Below, one piece after another: positions 25,266 through 35,924 of a stretch of DNA of 64,000 nucleotides. This stretch comes from Torpedo marmorata (taxonomy: Eukaryota). Location: positions 56,420,001 through 56,484,000 of the forward strand of contig OZ360225.1 of the NCBI GenBank assembly GCA_977017645.1. The letters are read 5' to 3'. Position 1 is the first letter of the stretch, and each line of letters begins with the position of its first letter. The translations under genes and the position numbers were made by a program. Below the pieces are notes generated by a model. The model saw only the letters and a program-made list of their open reading frames with translations, did no database searches and was not told where the DNA came from.

Positions 25266-28200
25266 AGGCTGACCTTTAATAACAATTAGGGAATGTTGCA
25301 ATTGCAATTGTAGTCAAAACAATCAGGTTGGAATTTCACAAATGCTGGATCTACTTTACAATACCACTTAGAACATAAGAGCATAAGAAATAGGAGCAGG
25401 AGTAGGCCATCTTGCCCATCGAGCCTGCTCTGCAATTCAATATGTTCATTGAAGATCTGGTCGTGGACTCAGCTCCACTTGCCCATATGTTCCTCATAAG
25501 CTTTAATGATTCAAAAATCAGTTTCTTAAATACATTTAATGAGGCAGTCTCTACTGCTTCCTTGGGCAGAGAATTCCACAAATTCACTACTCTCTGAGAG
25601 AAGCAATTCCTTATTATCTGTTTTGTACCTCTGACTTTTAGACAAAATCCAGGTGACAATAAAGTAGTAAAGATAAAATCTCCAGTGACACAGGAATGAA
25701 CAGGAAACCCCAAGTGAAGGCTGAACATCTTTTGAAAATGTAAAATATGTTTGACATTTTCTCTCCGATCGTTTTCCTTTGTAGATAGTATTTAGGTTCT
25801 ATGCATAACCCAAATATATTTAAGTTATCTGATGAGACCAGTAAAAATAGAGAAACATTGCTGAAAGTTAAAGTATGAACAACAACGTTCATATTTATCA
25901 TGGAAAAACATCCCAAAGTCTATCTGTGAGTTAGAATAGAGCTGACGCTGTCAAAATAGAGAGTGGGAGAAGCAATCAAAAGTTTGAAGAAAGGGCATAA
26001 AGAGAATAAGGGGGAGAGCCACGCAGTTTCAGGGGAGAATTATGGACTTGGCAAGCAATGAGAGGAAGCTGAAGTGTGATGGAGATGGGGGATGAACTTA
26101 GGTTGGAGGGCATTGAAGGTTAGCAAGGGAGGGTCGAGGAGAAGATCATGACCTTATGTGAAATGGGAAATGATTAACGGAGATTAGTTTGAGTGGGAGT
26201 TTAGGGATTGTGGAAGCCATTATGAATAGCATTGGAAAAAGCTTGCCTGGGATTGGCAAGTACACAGGCAGATGGATAAAGTAGGATAGGATATGTTCCA
26301 AAGTTGAAGTAGATGCCCTTTGATCTGTTGAAATGGTTTTAATATAGCTACAATATCACTTGTTTAAATTGTCAGAAAGAATCTTTGGAAGTTCTGCTTG
26401 AAGTTTTGTAATTAAACTAAAATTCATAGGAGAGAAGTAGTTAAACAAATTGGTTAAAACATAAGAGCATTGTTTGATTGGACAGAGAGGAAAAGCTAAA
26501 AATGGTATCTAACATTTCCAGTTACCATAAATTATGGGGATATTAAAGTTGGCTCAATATTCGTCCAATTTGCTGCCAATGTTCTGAATCAAATGTGTTC
26601 TAAGGTTTTTGGGAGTTAAGTCAGCTGTGTGTAGAAATGTAAGGAATTAATCATAAGCACCGGAAATCTGAGAATATTCAATTCGATTCTTTTATTATCT
26701 GGAAAATTAATTGAAACCAACGTGGTTTAATTATTAAAAAGCTAGGACATCCAGCTAGAACAATTATGATCAAGACCGCAGAAGCTATCCAAGTGAGACA
26801 ATGGCTAGAATATATGACTAGATTGGTTATTAAACCATTAGGGGAAAATACTCAATGGTGTAGGAAAGGGTAACCAGATTCATCCCACGTGTAAAAGCAT
26901 TCAAGGAAATTATAGGTTTCATGAGAATAAATTGGGGGGTAAGTTCCACCAGCATTATGTGAGTCTCAGCCACCAGCTGCATTTAGGTGCAAATAGCCAA
27001 AGACCGATTTCACCCTTTTATAATTGTTGATAATATGGAAAACCAAAATTTATTGCTTCTATTAAACTGTCAACAGAACATACAACATCTGTCCAATAGT
27101 GAAGTAAATGTAGAATAAAAATCATGGGACTCCAAAGAGTGAAGTTGACAATAAAATATTATAATAAAATCACTTTTTTATGAACTTAAAGTCATTGAAA
27201 AGCCTAATTGTTTCTCCTTTTAAAGTATAATTACATTAATAATTGCAGAGATCATCTCAGAGACATCTTCTCGCTATGCAGGGTTTCACTTTGCTCGTTA
27301 TCCATTCACAAGCCTATATCATTTCCAGTTAAAACACGAAGTAACAGATAGTGATTAAGCACTCTTCGTTCTCATAGCCAGGTATTATTCTATTCTTACT
27401 CTCATAATAAGCTCTATAGTTCAAAACTGGCATAAAGTGAAAAATTAGCTAACTCATTTCAAAGCTCCCAACATTTCAACTGAGACCAAGACCTTCAATA
27501 AATGAGTGGTGGGCATGAATTGAAGAGGATATTCACTCCTGTTCAGCAAACACTGACATGGTACATTTCAGTTTTGGAGTTATCACAGAAGTCTAATTGT
27601 TGCACAGTTTGTTGCATCTTGTTGCATAGTTTATTTATACATACAGTATATCTGCCTGTCTTCGACTTTTCGAATCCTATCTCTTCTGCCAATAATAACA
27701 ATTTTCTTAAGTAAAAACACAATGCTGGAGAAACTCAGCAGGTCACACAGTGTATTTTATATAGCAAAGATAAAGATACATAACTAACATTTCGGGCTTG
27801 AGCCCTTCATCAAGGTATGAGTTTACAATTTTTTCTCTTTACTCTGAAGCACATCAAAGGTTAAATTGTCTCAATCTAAAATCCAAGCAATGCCATTCTA
27901 TAAATTTGGTAGTAAAATGCAGACCTAATGAATGAGCATTAAATAAATTTTTTTTTAAGGAAGTAACTTTGTTGTTTTTTTAACTGCTGTTTGTCCTCAT
28001 TTCTTCATGATTATCATTGAAAAGGGAGCTGGAATGTGACATTCAACTTCTGCCGGAAACTGGGATTTCAGTGCATTGGTCTGTGTTGTTTTGGAAGGGA
28101 GTTTAATTTTCTCAATGGATGATGTTATCTCCTGACTGCATGCCATGTACTTTCATCAAATTCCAACAGAAAAAAAGCTTTCACAGTAAATTAGTTTACA

Positions 28201-28309
28201 ATAATGCCTGCATTTACAATGACGATATCCTGGGAGATTTTCAGATGACAAATTAACATTGTTGAGGCAATTCTTGATTTTAGAATGTCATGAAATATTT
28301 AGAGTACAA

Positions 28310-28800
28310 TACACAAATATGCTGGAGAAACTCAGCAGGTCACTCAACATCTTTAGGAAGTAAAGGAAGTTAACCAAAGTTTTGGGCCTGAGCCCTTAGT
28401 CAAGGTATGAGCAAAAAACAGGCAGGTTCCTGAATAAAAATATGGGAGGGGGGGGGAGGGAAAGAGAGAAGAGGGAGGAAGGGGCAGTGGGAGGAGCACA
28501 GGCAAACAGGTAAGTGGTCATGTGTGGATACAGGTGGGAGAGCAGAAGAGAAAAAAGGTGATAAGTGATAAGTGGAGAAGATAGCTCTCTGATAGGAGAA
28601 GGAAGGGAAGGGAGTAGGGAGCTCGAGGAAAGGAGACAGAAATATAGTAAAAGAGAGAGACTCGGCAGAGGGGTTTAACAGAAATTGGAGAAGTCGATGT
28701 TCATGCCATCTGGTTGGAGAGTGCCCAGATGCAATATTAGGTGTTGTTCCTCCAATTTGTGGGTAGCCTTCATTTGACAGTGCATGAGGCCATTGATGGA
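28310..28800 (-). mobile_element. Penelope-like element 3' end (GIY-YIG C-terminus and pseudo-LTR)
   Basis: The minus strand of 28680-28760 reads KLEEQHLILHLGTLQPDGMNIDFSNF, typical of the PLE GIY-YIG C-terminus, followed by a pyrimidine tract and a pLTR with a hammerhead-like motif. Confidence 0.8.
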
Positions 28801-28862
28801 CATTTGCTGTGTTGAATCTCTAACCACAAAAGTAATTTTTTCTTCTGTTTCTTCTGATCTAG

Positions 28863-28874
28863 GATGATGAGAGG
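28863..28874 (+). CDS. COL21A1: Candidate 12-nt microexon (GATGATGAGAGG = DDER)
   Basis: Long polypyrimidine tract and ctag acceptor upstream, a ctaac branch-point candidate near 28819, and a perfect gtgagt donor; frame-preserving; 127 nt upstream of the next exon. Confidence 0.75.
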
Positions 28875-29001
28875 GTGAGTAATTTTTGCATGTGCTCTAG
28901 GCAAAATGAAAATTAAGATAGAGCTTTTTTTTTAATGCTAGTTTTACTGCTTGCATAACATACAGCTTGTGCTAAAATCTATTACTTAAAATTTTGCTTA
29001 G

Positions 29002-29085
29002 TGTCCGCCCAACAGAATGGCTCCCAAGTCAGTTTGCGAGTGTCCGATGGGGGCTCCTGGCATCCCTGGTCTACACGGAGAGAAA
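29002..29085 (+). CDS. COL21A1: Collagen XXI-like NC-to-collagenous junction exon (CPPNRMAPKSVCECPMGAPGIPGLHGEK)
   Basis: cttag acceptor and gtaagt donor; 84 nt; CxCP motif followed by the first Gly-X-Y triplets. Confidence 0.9.
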
Positions 29086-30165
29086 GTAAGTTTTACTGTC
29101 ATCGCATACACCCACATCCAATTACTCGAAACATTGAACCTCGCCTTACTAGCTAATGAATTGCTGGCCTTCGGTTAAGATGGCACTCCCATTTATGATG
29201 GGAGAAAGTCAGAGAGAACATTCTTGGTGAATGTGAAAACTTTCTTTCTTGCCCACATTCTGAATCCAGTAAAGATGACACTATCACGTTGTGACTGACG
29301 GGCTCAAATGTTCCTGCCCATTTCTCTCCATGGATGTTGCCTAAACCCATTGACTCCCTCCAGCTTCACACTTTTTGCTCAAGGTTCCAACATCTGCAGT
29401 TCTTGTGCTTCCCTGGTCTTCCTAAATATTTATTTGTGTTTCAACAATATTTCAACTATTTTGGAGTGTTTTCTTTTGCTTGAACATACTTGTATGGGCT
29501 TGGCTCTTTAATAGTGAACCGATGCTAAAGATTTTGATGCTCTGTAATGTAACTCATTTCACCTTGGACATCCAGGCTGTTTCCTGGGTGAAGTTCCAGC
29601 AATATAATGCTTGATTTTGAACCTGGGAATCTCCCCTGACAGTACATCATTTCTTGGGGTTTGAGGCCAGTTGCATGCACAATAGAAGGAGTCTTGCTTC
29701 TGAGAGAAAAATTGCTGATGTAAAAAAGAATGGTGCACGTGGTTTGTATGAGAATCAATGCAGGAAGCAGGGAAGATGAGCAGAAACAAACCTAGCTCTG
29801 TATCAAGGTCCAAGCCAAGCCTTTGGATTATGCTCGGCCTCAACTAGAGTGAAGGGAGATCTTTAACAAGGCCTGCCTTTCTTTTGGGCCACTTGGGTGT
29901 TACAATGGCACTGTGGGTTGTGCGGCTGCCTCATAACTCCAGTGACCTAGGTTCAGTCCTGACCTCCAGGGCTGTCTGTGTGGAGTTTGCTCCCACGTTC
30001 CAAAGGCATGCTGGTTGGGAGGTCGATTGGCTGGTGTAGTAGATTATCTTCAGTGTGTAGGTAGGTGATGGGAGATCAAGGAAGTGTTAATGGCCTTGTG
30101 AGTGAGAAGAGATTTGTTGGAATATGTCAGGAAATGACATTAATAGCATTGTACTGAGAGCTGGC

Positions 30166-30398
30166 TGATGCACCATCAATATCTCCAAAGACTAGAAGTT
30201 AGACAGGAACTGATAGGCTTTTATTCACATTGGAATGGATGTACAGTTCTGGTGGTCGTCTGAGCTGGAATGGGGAGGGAGCTGTGGCACAATAGCCTTT
30301 ATTCAGGGGTCTGTGGGAGGAGCCACAGGTACAGCCAGTAAGGGGCGTGTCCAGATGACCATAAGCATATATACATGTATTTACAGTGGTTTACCACA
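30166..30398 (-). repeat. 3' LTR of the Gypsy element (233 bp)
   Basis: Direct repeat of 34465-34688, preceded in element sense by a polypurine tract. Confidence 0.95.
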
Positions 30399-30414
30399 TT
30401 CACCCCTCCTTTTT
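30399..30414 (-). promoter_or_regulatory. Polypurine tract of the Gypsy element
   Basis: Minus strand AAAAGGAGGGGTGAA directly abuts the TG of the 3' LTR. Confidence 0.85.
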
Positions 30415-33388
30415 AAAAAGAGACCTGTGGGGTGAAGTGAATTAAAGTTCTCACAGATTCAGTCTTTCAGGTGGTCTGGTCTGCCGCTGCGACCGTCGTA
30501 GTACCGGCTGCGGCGCAGCTGTTGCATCCAGTCCTGAGTGGACCACCTGTGTGTTGTTGTCGGCTCTGTCTTGGTGGATGCGTGGCAGCGAAGTGTCTGG
30601 CAAGTCATCCCCCGGAGCTGGGGTCACTTGCCGTGGTAAGGGTGCATCGTGGGAGCGGTGGGTGGGGTGGGGGGGTGGTGCAGGGCAGTCGATGGTGGTA
30701 TCAGGGACTCCTGAAGGTGCCAGGTCCCGAACGGGGACTGTGTCCTCCCGCCCATCAGGATACGTCACGTAGGCGTATTGGGGGTTGGCGTGGAGGAGAT
30801 GGACCCTTTCGACCAGTGGGTCCTGCTTATGGCTCCTCGCATGCCTCCGGAGTAGGAACGGACCTGGGGACGTCATCCAGGACGGCAGCGTGGTCCCTGA
30901 AGCGGACTTCCTAGGAAAGGAAAACATTCTCTCATGTGAAGTGGCATTGGTGGCTGTGCACAAGAGTGATCTGATGGAATGGAGTGCCTCGGGGAGGACC
31001 TCTTGCCAATGGGAGACTGGAAAACCTCTTGACCTTAGGGCTAGGAGGGTGGCCTTCCAAACAGTGGGGTTCTCTCTCTCCACCTGCCCGTTCCCTCAGG
31101 GATTGTAACTGGTGGTCCTACTTGTGGCGATGCCTCTGGCCAGCAGGTACTGACGCAGCTCATCACTCAAAAAAGAGGACCCCCAGTCACTATAGATATA
31201 GCAGGGGTACCTGAAGAGGGTGAAAAGGTTGCGTAGGACCTTGATGACTGTGGCTGTGGTTATGTCCGGGCAGAGGATGGCAAACAGGAAACGTGAGTAC
31301 TCGTCAATAATGTTGAGGAAGTGCACGTTGCCGTCAGAGGAGGGAAGAGGTCCCTTGAAGTCAACGCTCGGGCGTTCAAAGGGGCGGGTGACTTTTATAA
31401 GGTGCGCTCTGTCTGGTCGGTAGAAGTGCAGTTTGCACTCTGCACAGATCTGGGAGTTCCTGGTCATGGTTCTGATCTCCTCGATGGAGTAAGGTTGGTT
31501 GCGGGCTTTTATAAAATGGAAGAATCTGGTGACCCCGGGGTGGCAGAGGTCGCCGTGGAGGGCTTGTAGGCGGTCTATTTGTGCGCTGGCATATATTCCA
31601 CGGGAAAGGGCATCTGGGGGCTCATTGAATTTACCGGGCCGGTACAAGATATCGTAATTGTAGATGGAATGTTCAATTCTCCACCTCAGAATCTTTTCGT
31701 TCTTAATTTTACCTCGCTGTTGGTTATTAAACATAAACGCAACTGAACGTTGGTCAGTTAGCAAGGTAAACCATTTTCCGGCGAGGTAGTGCCTCCAGTG
31801 CCGCACCGCCTCAACAATGGCTTGGGCCTCTTTCTCGACAGAGGAGTGTTGGATTTCTGGGCCCTGGAGGGTGCGGGAAAAGAAAGCTATGGGTCTGCCC
31901 GCTTGGTTGAGGGTGGTGGCCAGGGCGAAATCGGACGCATCGCTCTCCACCTGGAACAGGGTGGATTCGTCCACAGCATGCATCGCGGCCTAGGCGATGT
32001 CCGCTTTGATGCGGCTGAAGGCCGCACGGGCCTCTGACGTCAGGGGAAAAGAGGTGGATTTGACGAGGGGGCGGGCCTTGTCCGCATAATTGGGGATCCA
32101 CTGGGCATAATAGGAAAAGAAGCCCAGGCACCTTTTCAGGGCTTTGAGGCTGTGGGGAAGTGGGAGTTCCAACAGGGGGCGCATGCGGTCTGGGTCTGGG
32201 CCAATCACTCCATCCTGTATGACACTGCCAAGGATGGCCAGGCATGTTGTGCCAAAGACGCATTTATCCTTATTATAAGTAAGGTTGAGGAGCTTGGCGG
32301 TCTGAAGGAATTTTTGGAGGTTGGCTTCATGGTCCTGTAGGTCATGGCCGCAAATGGTGATATTATCCAGATACGGGAATGTGGCCTGCAGCCCGTGCCG
32401 GTCGACCATGCGGTCCATCTCCCACTGGAAGACCGAGACCCCGTTGCTGACACCAAAGGGGACCCTCAGGAAATGATAGAGGCGGCCAGCTGCCTCAAAG
32501 GCAGTGTATTGGCGGTCCTCCGGTCGGATGGGGAGTTGGTGGTATGCCGACTTTAAGTCGATGGTGGAGAATACCCGGTATTGGGTGATCTGATTCACCA
32601 TGTCGTCTATGCGGGGGAGGGGTACGCATCCAGCTGCGTATATCTGTTGATGATCTGACTATAATCGATGACCATCCTGTTCTTTTCCCCATTTTTTACC
32701 ACTACCACTTGGGCTCTCCAGGGGCTGGTGCTGGCTTCGATGATCCCTTCCTTCAATAGCCGTTGCACTTCCGACCGGCACTGTATCGCCTACTTTTGGT
32801 GGCCACGGGTTTGGAATCGGGGGTACGATTAGCGAACAACAGTGGGGGGGTGATCCGGAGGGTAGAAAGGCCACAGGTCGCGCGCGGTGGGCGGTCGGCG
32901 GGTCGCTGGCTGGACGCGATGGGAGGGGGATGCGGGGAGCTTCTGTGGGTGACTTGCGATGGGCGGTTCACAAACTGTGGATTACAGATGGTAAGAGGGG
33001 TGTGGGGCCCATCGTACTCCAACGTCACGCTTTTAAGGTGACATTGGAAGTCTAGCCCCAGCAGCACGTCCGCGCAGAGCTGTGTCATGACAAATAACTT
33101 AAAGTTTTTATATTCTGTGCCCAGTACAGTCAGGGTCACTATGCAGTACCCGCGGATCTCTGCTGTGTGAGACTTGGAAGCCATGGAGACTTTGTGGCTT
33201 ACAGGCGTTACCGCGAGTCGGTAACGCTGTACCGTTTCGGGGTGAATAAAGCTCTCTGTGCTCCCACTGTCGAAAAGGCAGCTCATCCTGCGGCCATCCA
33301 CCTCAATGTCCATCATCGATCTGGCCAGTTGATGGGGACTCCCTTGATCGAGAGTGATGGAGGCCAGTACGGAGTCGCTGTAGGATTT

Positions 33389-33645
33389 GCACGCGGCGCT
33401 GCTGGGTGGGGAAGATGGCATCGTCCAAGATGGCGGCCCCCGTGGTTCGCACGCAGCGCTGCCAGGTCGGGAAGATGGCGTCGTCCAAGATGGCGGCCCC
33501 CATGGTTCGCACGCGGCTCTGCTGGGTGGGAAAGATGGCGTCGTCCAAGATGGCGGCCCCCATGGTTCGCACAGGGTGCTGCTGGATTGGGAAGATGACG
33601 TTGTCCAAGATGGCGGCGCCCTCTGCTCGCACGCAGCGCTGCTGG
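33389..33645. repeat. 60-bp tandem repeat (about 4.3 units) inside gag-pol
   Basis: Lines 33421, 33481, 33541 and 33601 align in register; the minus strand encodes 20-aa repeats ACEPWGPPSWTTPS in ORF 32753..34081. Confidence 0.95.
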
Positions 33646-34464
33646 ATCTAGCAGGCGGTTGGGACTTACAGACTTTTGCGTAGTACCCCTTCTTCCTGCA
33701 GTTAATGCAGACCACGTCTTTCGCCGGGCAGCGTTTCCGTGGGTGCTTATTCGAGCCGCAGAAGTAGCACTTCAGCTGGTTGCGGGTCATACCAGCCGTG
33801 GTCGAGTCGGTAACGGAACGTGGCGGTGTTCCACAGGCTTGTGACCCTCCCGCATCCCAAGACGGCAGCGCCCACTGCAACCACGGTGTGGCCGCGCTAT
33901 AGGCCGCGTAGGCGTCCATGTTTTGGAGGGCCACTTCTAATGTGTCCGCTAGGTGCACAGCCTTCCACAAATCGAGCTCACCTTGCTCCAAAAGTTTCTG
34001 CCTTATGTAGTTAGATCGGACACCGGCAACATAGGCATCCCTTATGAGGTCCTCAGTGTACGTCGCGGTCATAACGGCCACGCAGTTGCAGGCCCGTCCG
34101 AGGGTTCACAGGGCTAGTAGGTATTCATCACTCGATTCCCCAGGTCGCTGTTTTCTGGTAGCTAGGGGATGTCTTGCGTAGACTTGGTTTACCTTCTTCA
34201 GGTACGGCCTTTTTGCGTCTCCATAGCCTCCTGGTAGGATTCAGCGTCCCTGATCATCAAGTACACCTGGGGCCCGACCCGGGAATGTAGTAGTTGTAGT
34301 TTGTCGTCTTCCGATTGTACGACAGCAGCGGAGGCCCTCAAGAATGCCTCGAAACAACGCAGCCAGTGTTCGAAACAGTTGGATGCCTCAGGTGATCGAG
34401 GGTCAAGCTCCAACTTTTCTGGTTTCAGGTACTTATCCATTATTGAAAACAATGTGAATAAAAT

Positions 34465-34688
34465 TGATGCACCATCAATAACTCCAAAGACTAGAAGTTA
34501 GACAGGAACTGATAGGCTTTTATTCACATTGGAATGGATGTACAGTCCTGGTGGTCGTCTGAGCTGGACTGGGGAGGGAGTTGTGGCACAATAGCCTTTA
34601 TTCAGGGGTCTGTGGGAGGAGCCACAGGTACAGCTAGTAAGGGGCGTGTCCAGAAGACCATGAGCATGTATTTACAGTGGTTACCACA
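34465..34688 (-). repeat. 5' LTR of the Gypsy element (224 bp)
   Basis: Direct repeat of 30166-30398; by hand alignment, 7 substitutions plus one 8-bp and one 1-bp indel. Confidence 0.95.
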
Positions 34689-35078
34689 CTGGCATTGATT
34701 CAATATAGACTCAATAGGATGAACACCCTCCTCCTCTGTCATAAGGAAATATGGTGCCATACTTCTGCTTAATTTAACCTGCGTAAGGTGATCTTGGGAG
34801 GAGGCACAGAGCATGGCTGATGGCAGGGAAGTGTGGACTTCATGTGGTTGCTTGCTTTTCCTGCAAGCCTCAGGCTACCAAGGAACTAAATGGACAGGGA
34901 ATTCCTCAAAGTTCCTTTTGTTCTAGAGACATTAATTCAAGGAAAGCATGGCTTTGACTTCAGTCCCTCACCTCTGAGCCTTCCCCGCCTATAATGAGGA
35001 ACAAGGATGAAGGAACCTGAAAGTAATATGACTGAATATATTCAGGCCAATTGATCCATGGTTTTTTTCTGTTACTAG

Positions 35079-35132
35079 GGGCAAAAGGGAGAACGTGGCA
35101 AACCAGGAAAATCAGGAACTAATGGGGTGCCT
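35079..35132 (+). CDS. COL21A1: 54-nt Gly-X-Y exon (GQKGERGKPGKSGTNGVP)
   Basis: actag acceptor and gtgagt donor; six Gly-X-Y triplets. Confidence 0.92.
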
Positions 35133-35924
35133 GTGAGTACTTTTCCATTTCTGACACAATCTTCACATGTTTAAAGTGATCAGTGTTGTTTTGTTGTGTG
35201 TTGTTACCTGGTGCTAAAACACCATACACACCTTTGATAAACTTTAAGGCAAAGGTGCATTTATTTTGTCTCTGTTTCATTTTGGAAATGTTTCTGTTTC
35301 CTTGTTGGCTCCCTGTGGCTGCATGTTTCGTTCTGGGTGCAGTTACTCATAACAGCTCAAGAGGAGGCTGCAGAATTACTATTCTAGAGCAGATGCTGCA
35401 CCAGTACTCACATCATATTAGAAAATTGATGCAGAATGAAGTGCATTTAAATCTGTGACTTTTTGACATTAATGGTGGGAGGTCTCTGCTACTATAAGCA
35501 CACCAACAATACAATATATTGTTCAAATATTAACAAATGGCTGAGGGAATGAACAGGAAGAATTCTCCTTTGTTAACACTGAAGACTGCTATTTGTTTGG
35601 GCAGGGATACGATGATTGGTCGACCAACTATAGTTGCATGATGGTATGTAATAATTATTATCAAAGCATCCAGTAGCAGGGAGTTGGGAGGAGAATATAT
35701 TCATAATAATCTTGTACTTAACAAGCATCTCAGTGAAATATAAAGGATTCCTTTCTAGATGATTAGATGCAATAAAGCTATTACTTCTCAGCGGAGAGTC
35801 CAGAATTGGGAAGCATGTTCTAGAATTAAGGGTTGGCCATTTATGCTTGAGGCGAGGGGAGATTTCTTTAAACAGAGTTGTAAAACTTTGAGGTACTGCG
35901 GATGCTCAATCATTGAGTGTAGAC

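Larger units (their letters stand above)
30166..34688 (-). mobile_element. Complete Ty3/Gypsy LTR retrotransposon (about 4.5 kb), inactivated
   Basis: TSD CTGGC at 30161-30165 and 34689-34693; TG...CA LTRs at both ends. Domain order is gag (two CCHC-type knuckles), protease (LFDSGS), RT (IDLKSAYHQL, YLDN), RNase H (ESDAS, TDQRS), integrase (HPGV, VDFKGP, SDWG). In-frame stops at 31990 and 31096 plus frameshifts. Confidence 0.96.

Noticed and set aside
33389-33645. Regularly spaced repeats resembling a CRISPR array
   Set aside because: The between-motif sequences are homologous to each other, the array is in frame within gag-pol, there are no cas genes and the DNA is eukaryotic.
30471-34014. 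Many + strand ORFs within the Gypsy element
   Set aside because: Antisense shadows of GC-rich pol and of the 60-bp repeat.
34465-34474. TGGTGCATCA (minus strand) as a tRNA PBS
   Set aside because: It is present in both LTRs and lies inside the boundary fixed by the CTGGC TSD.
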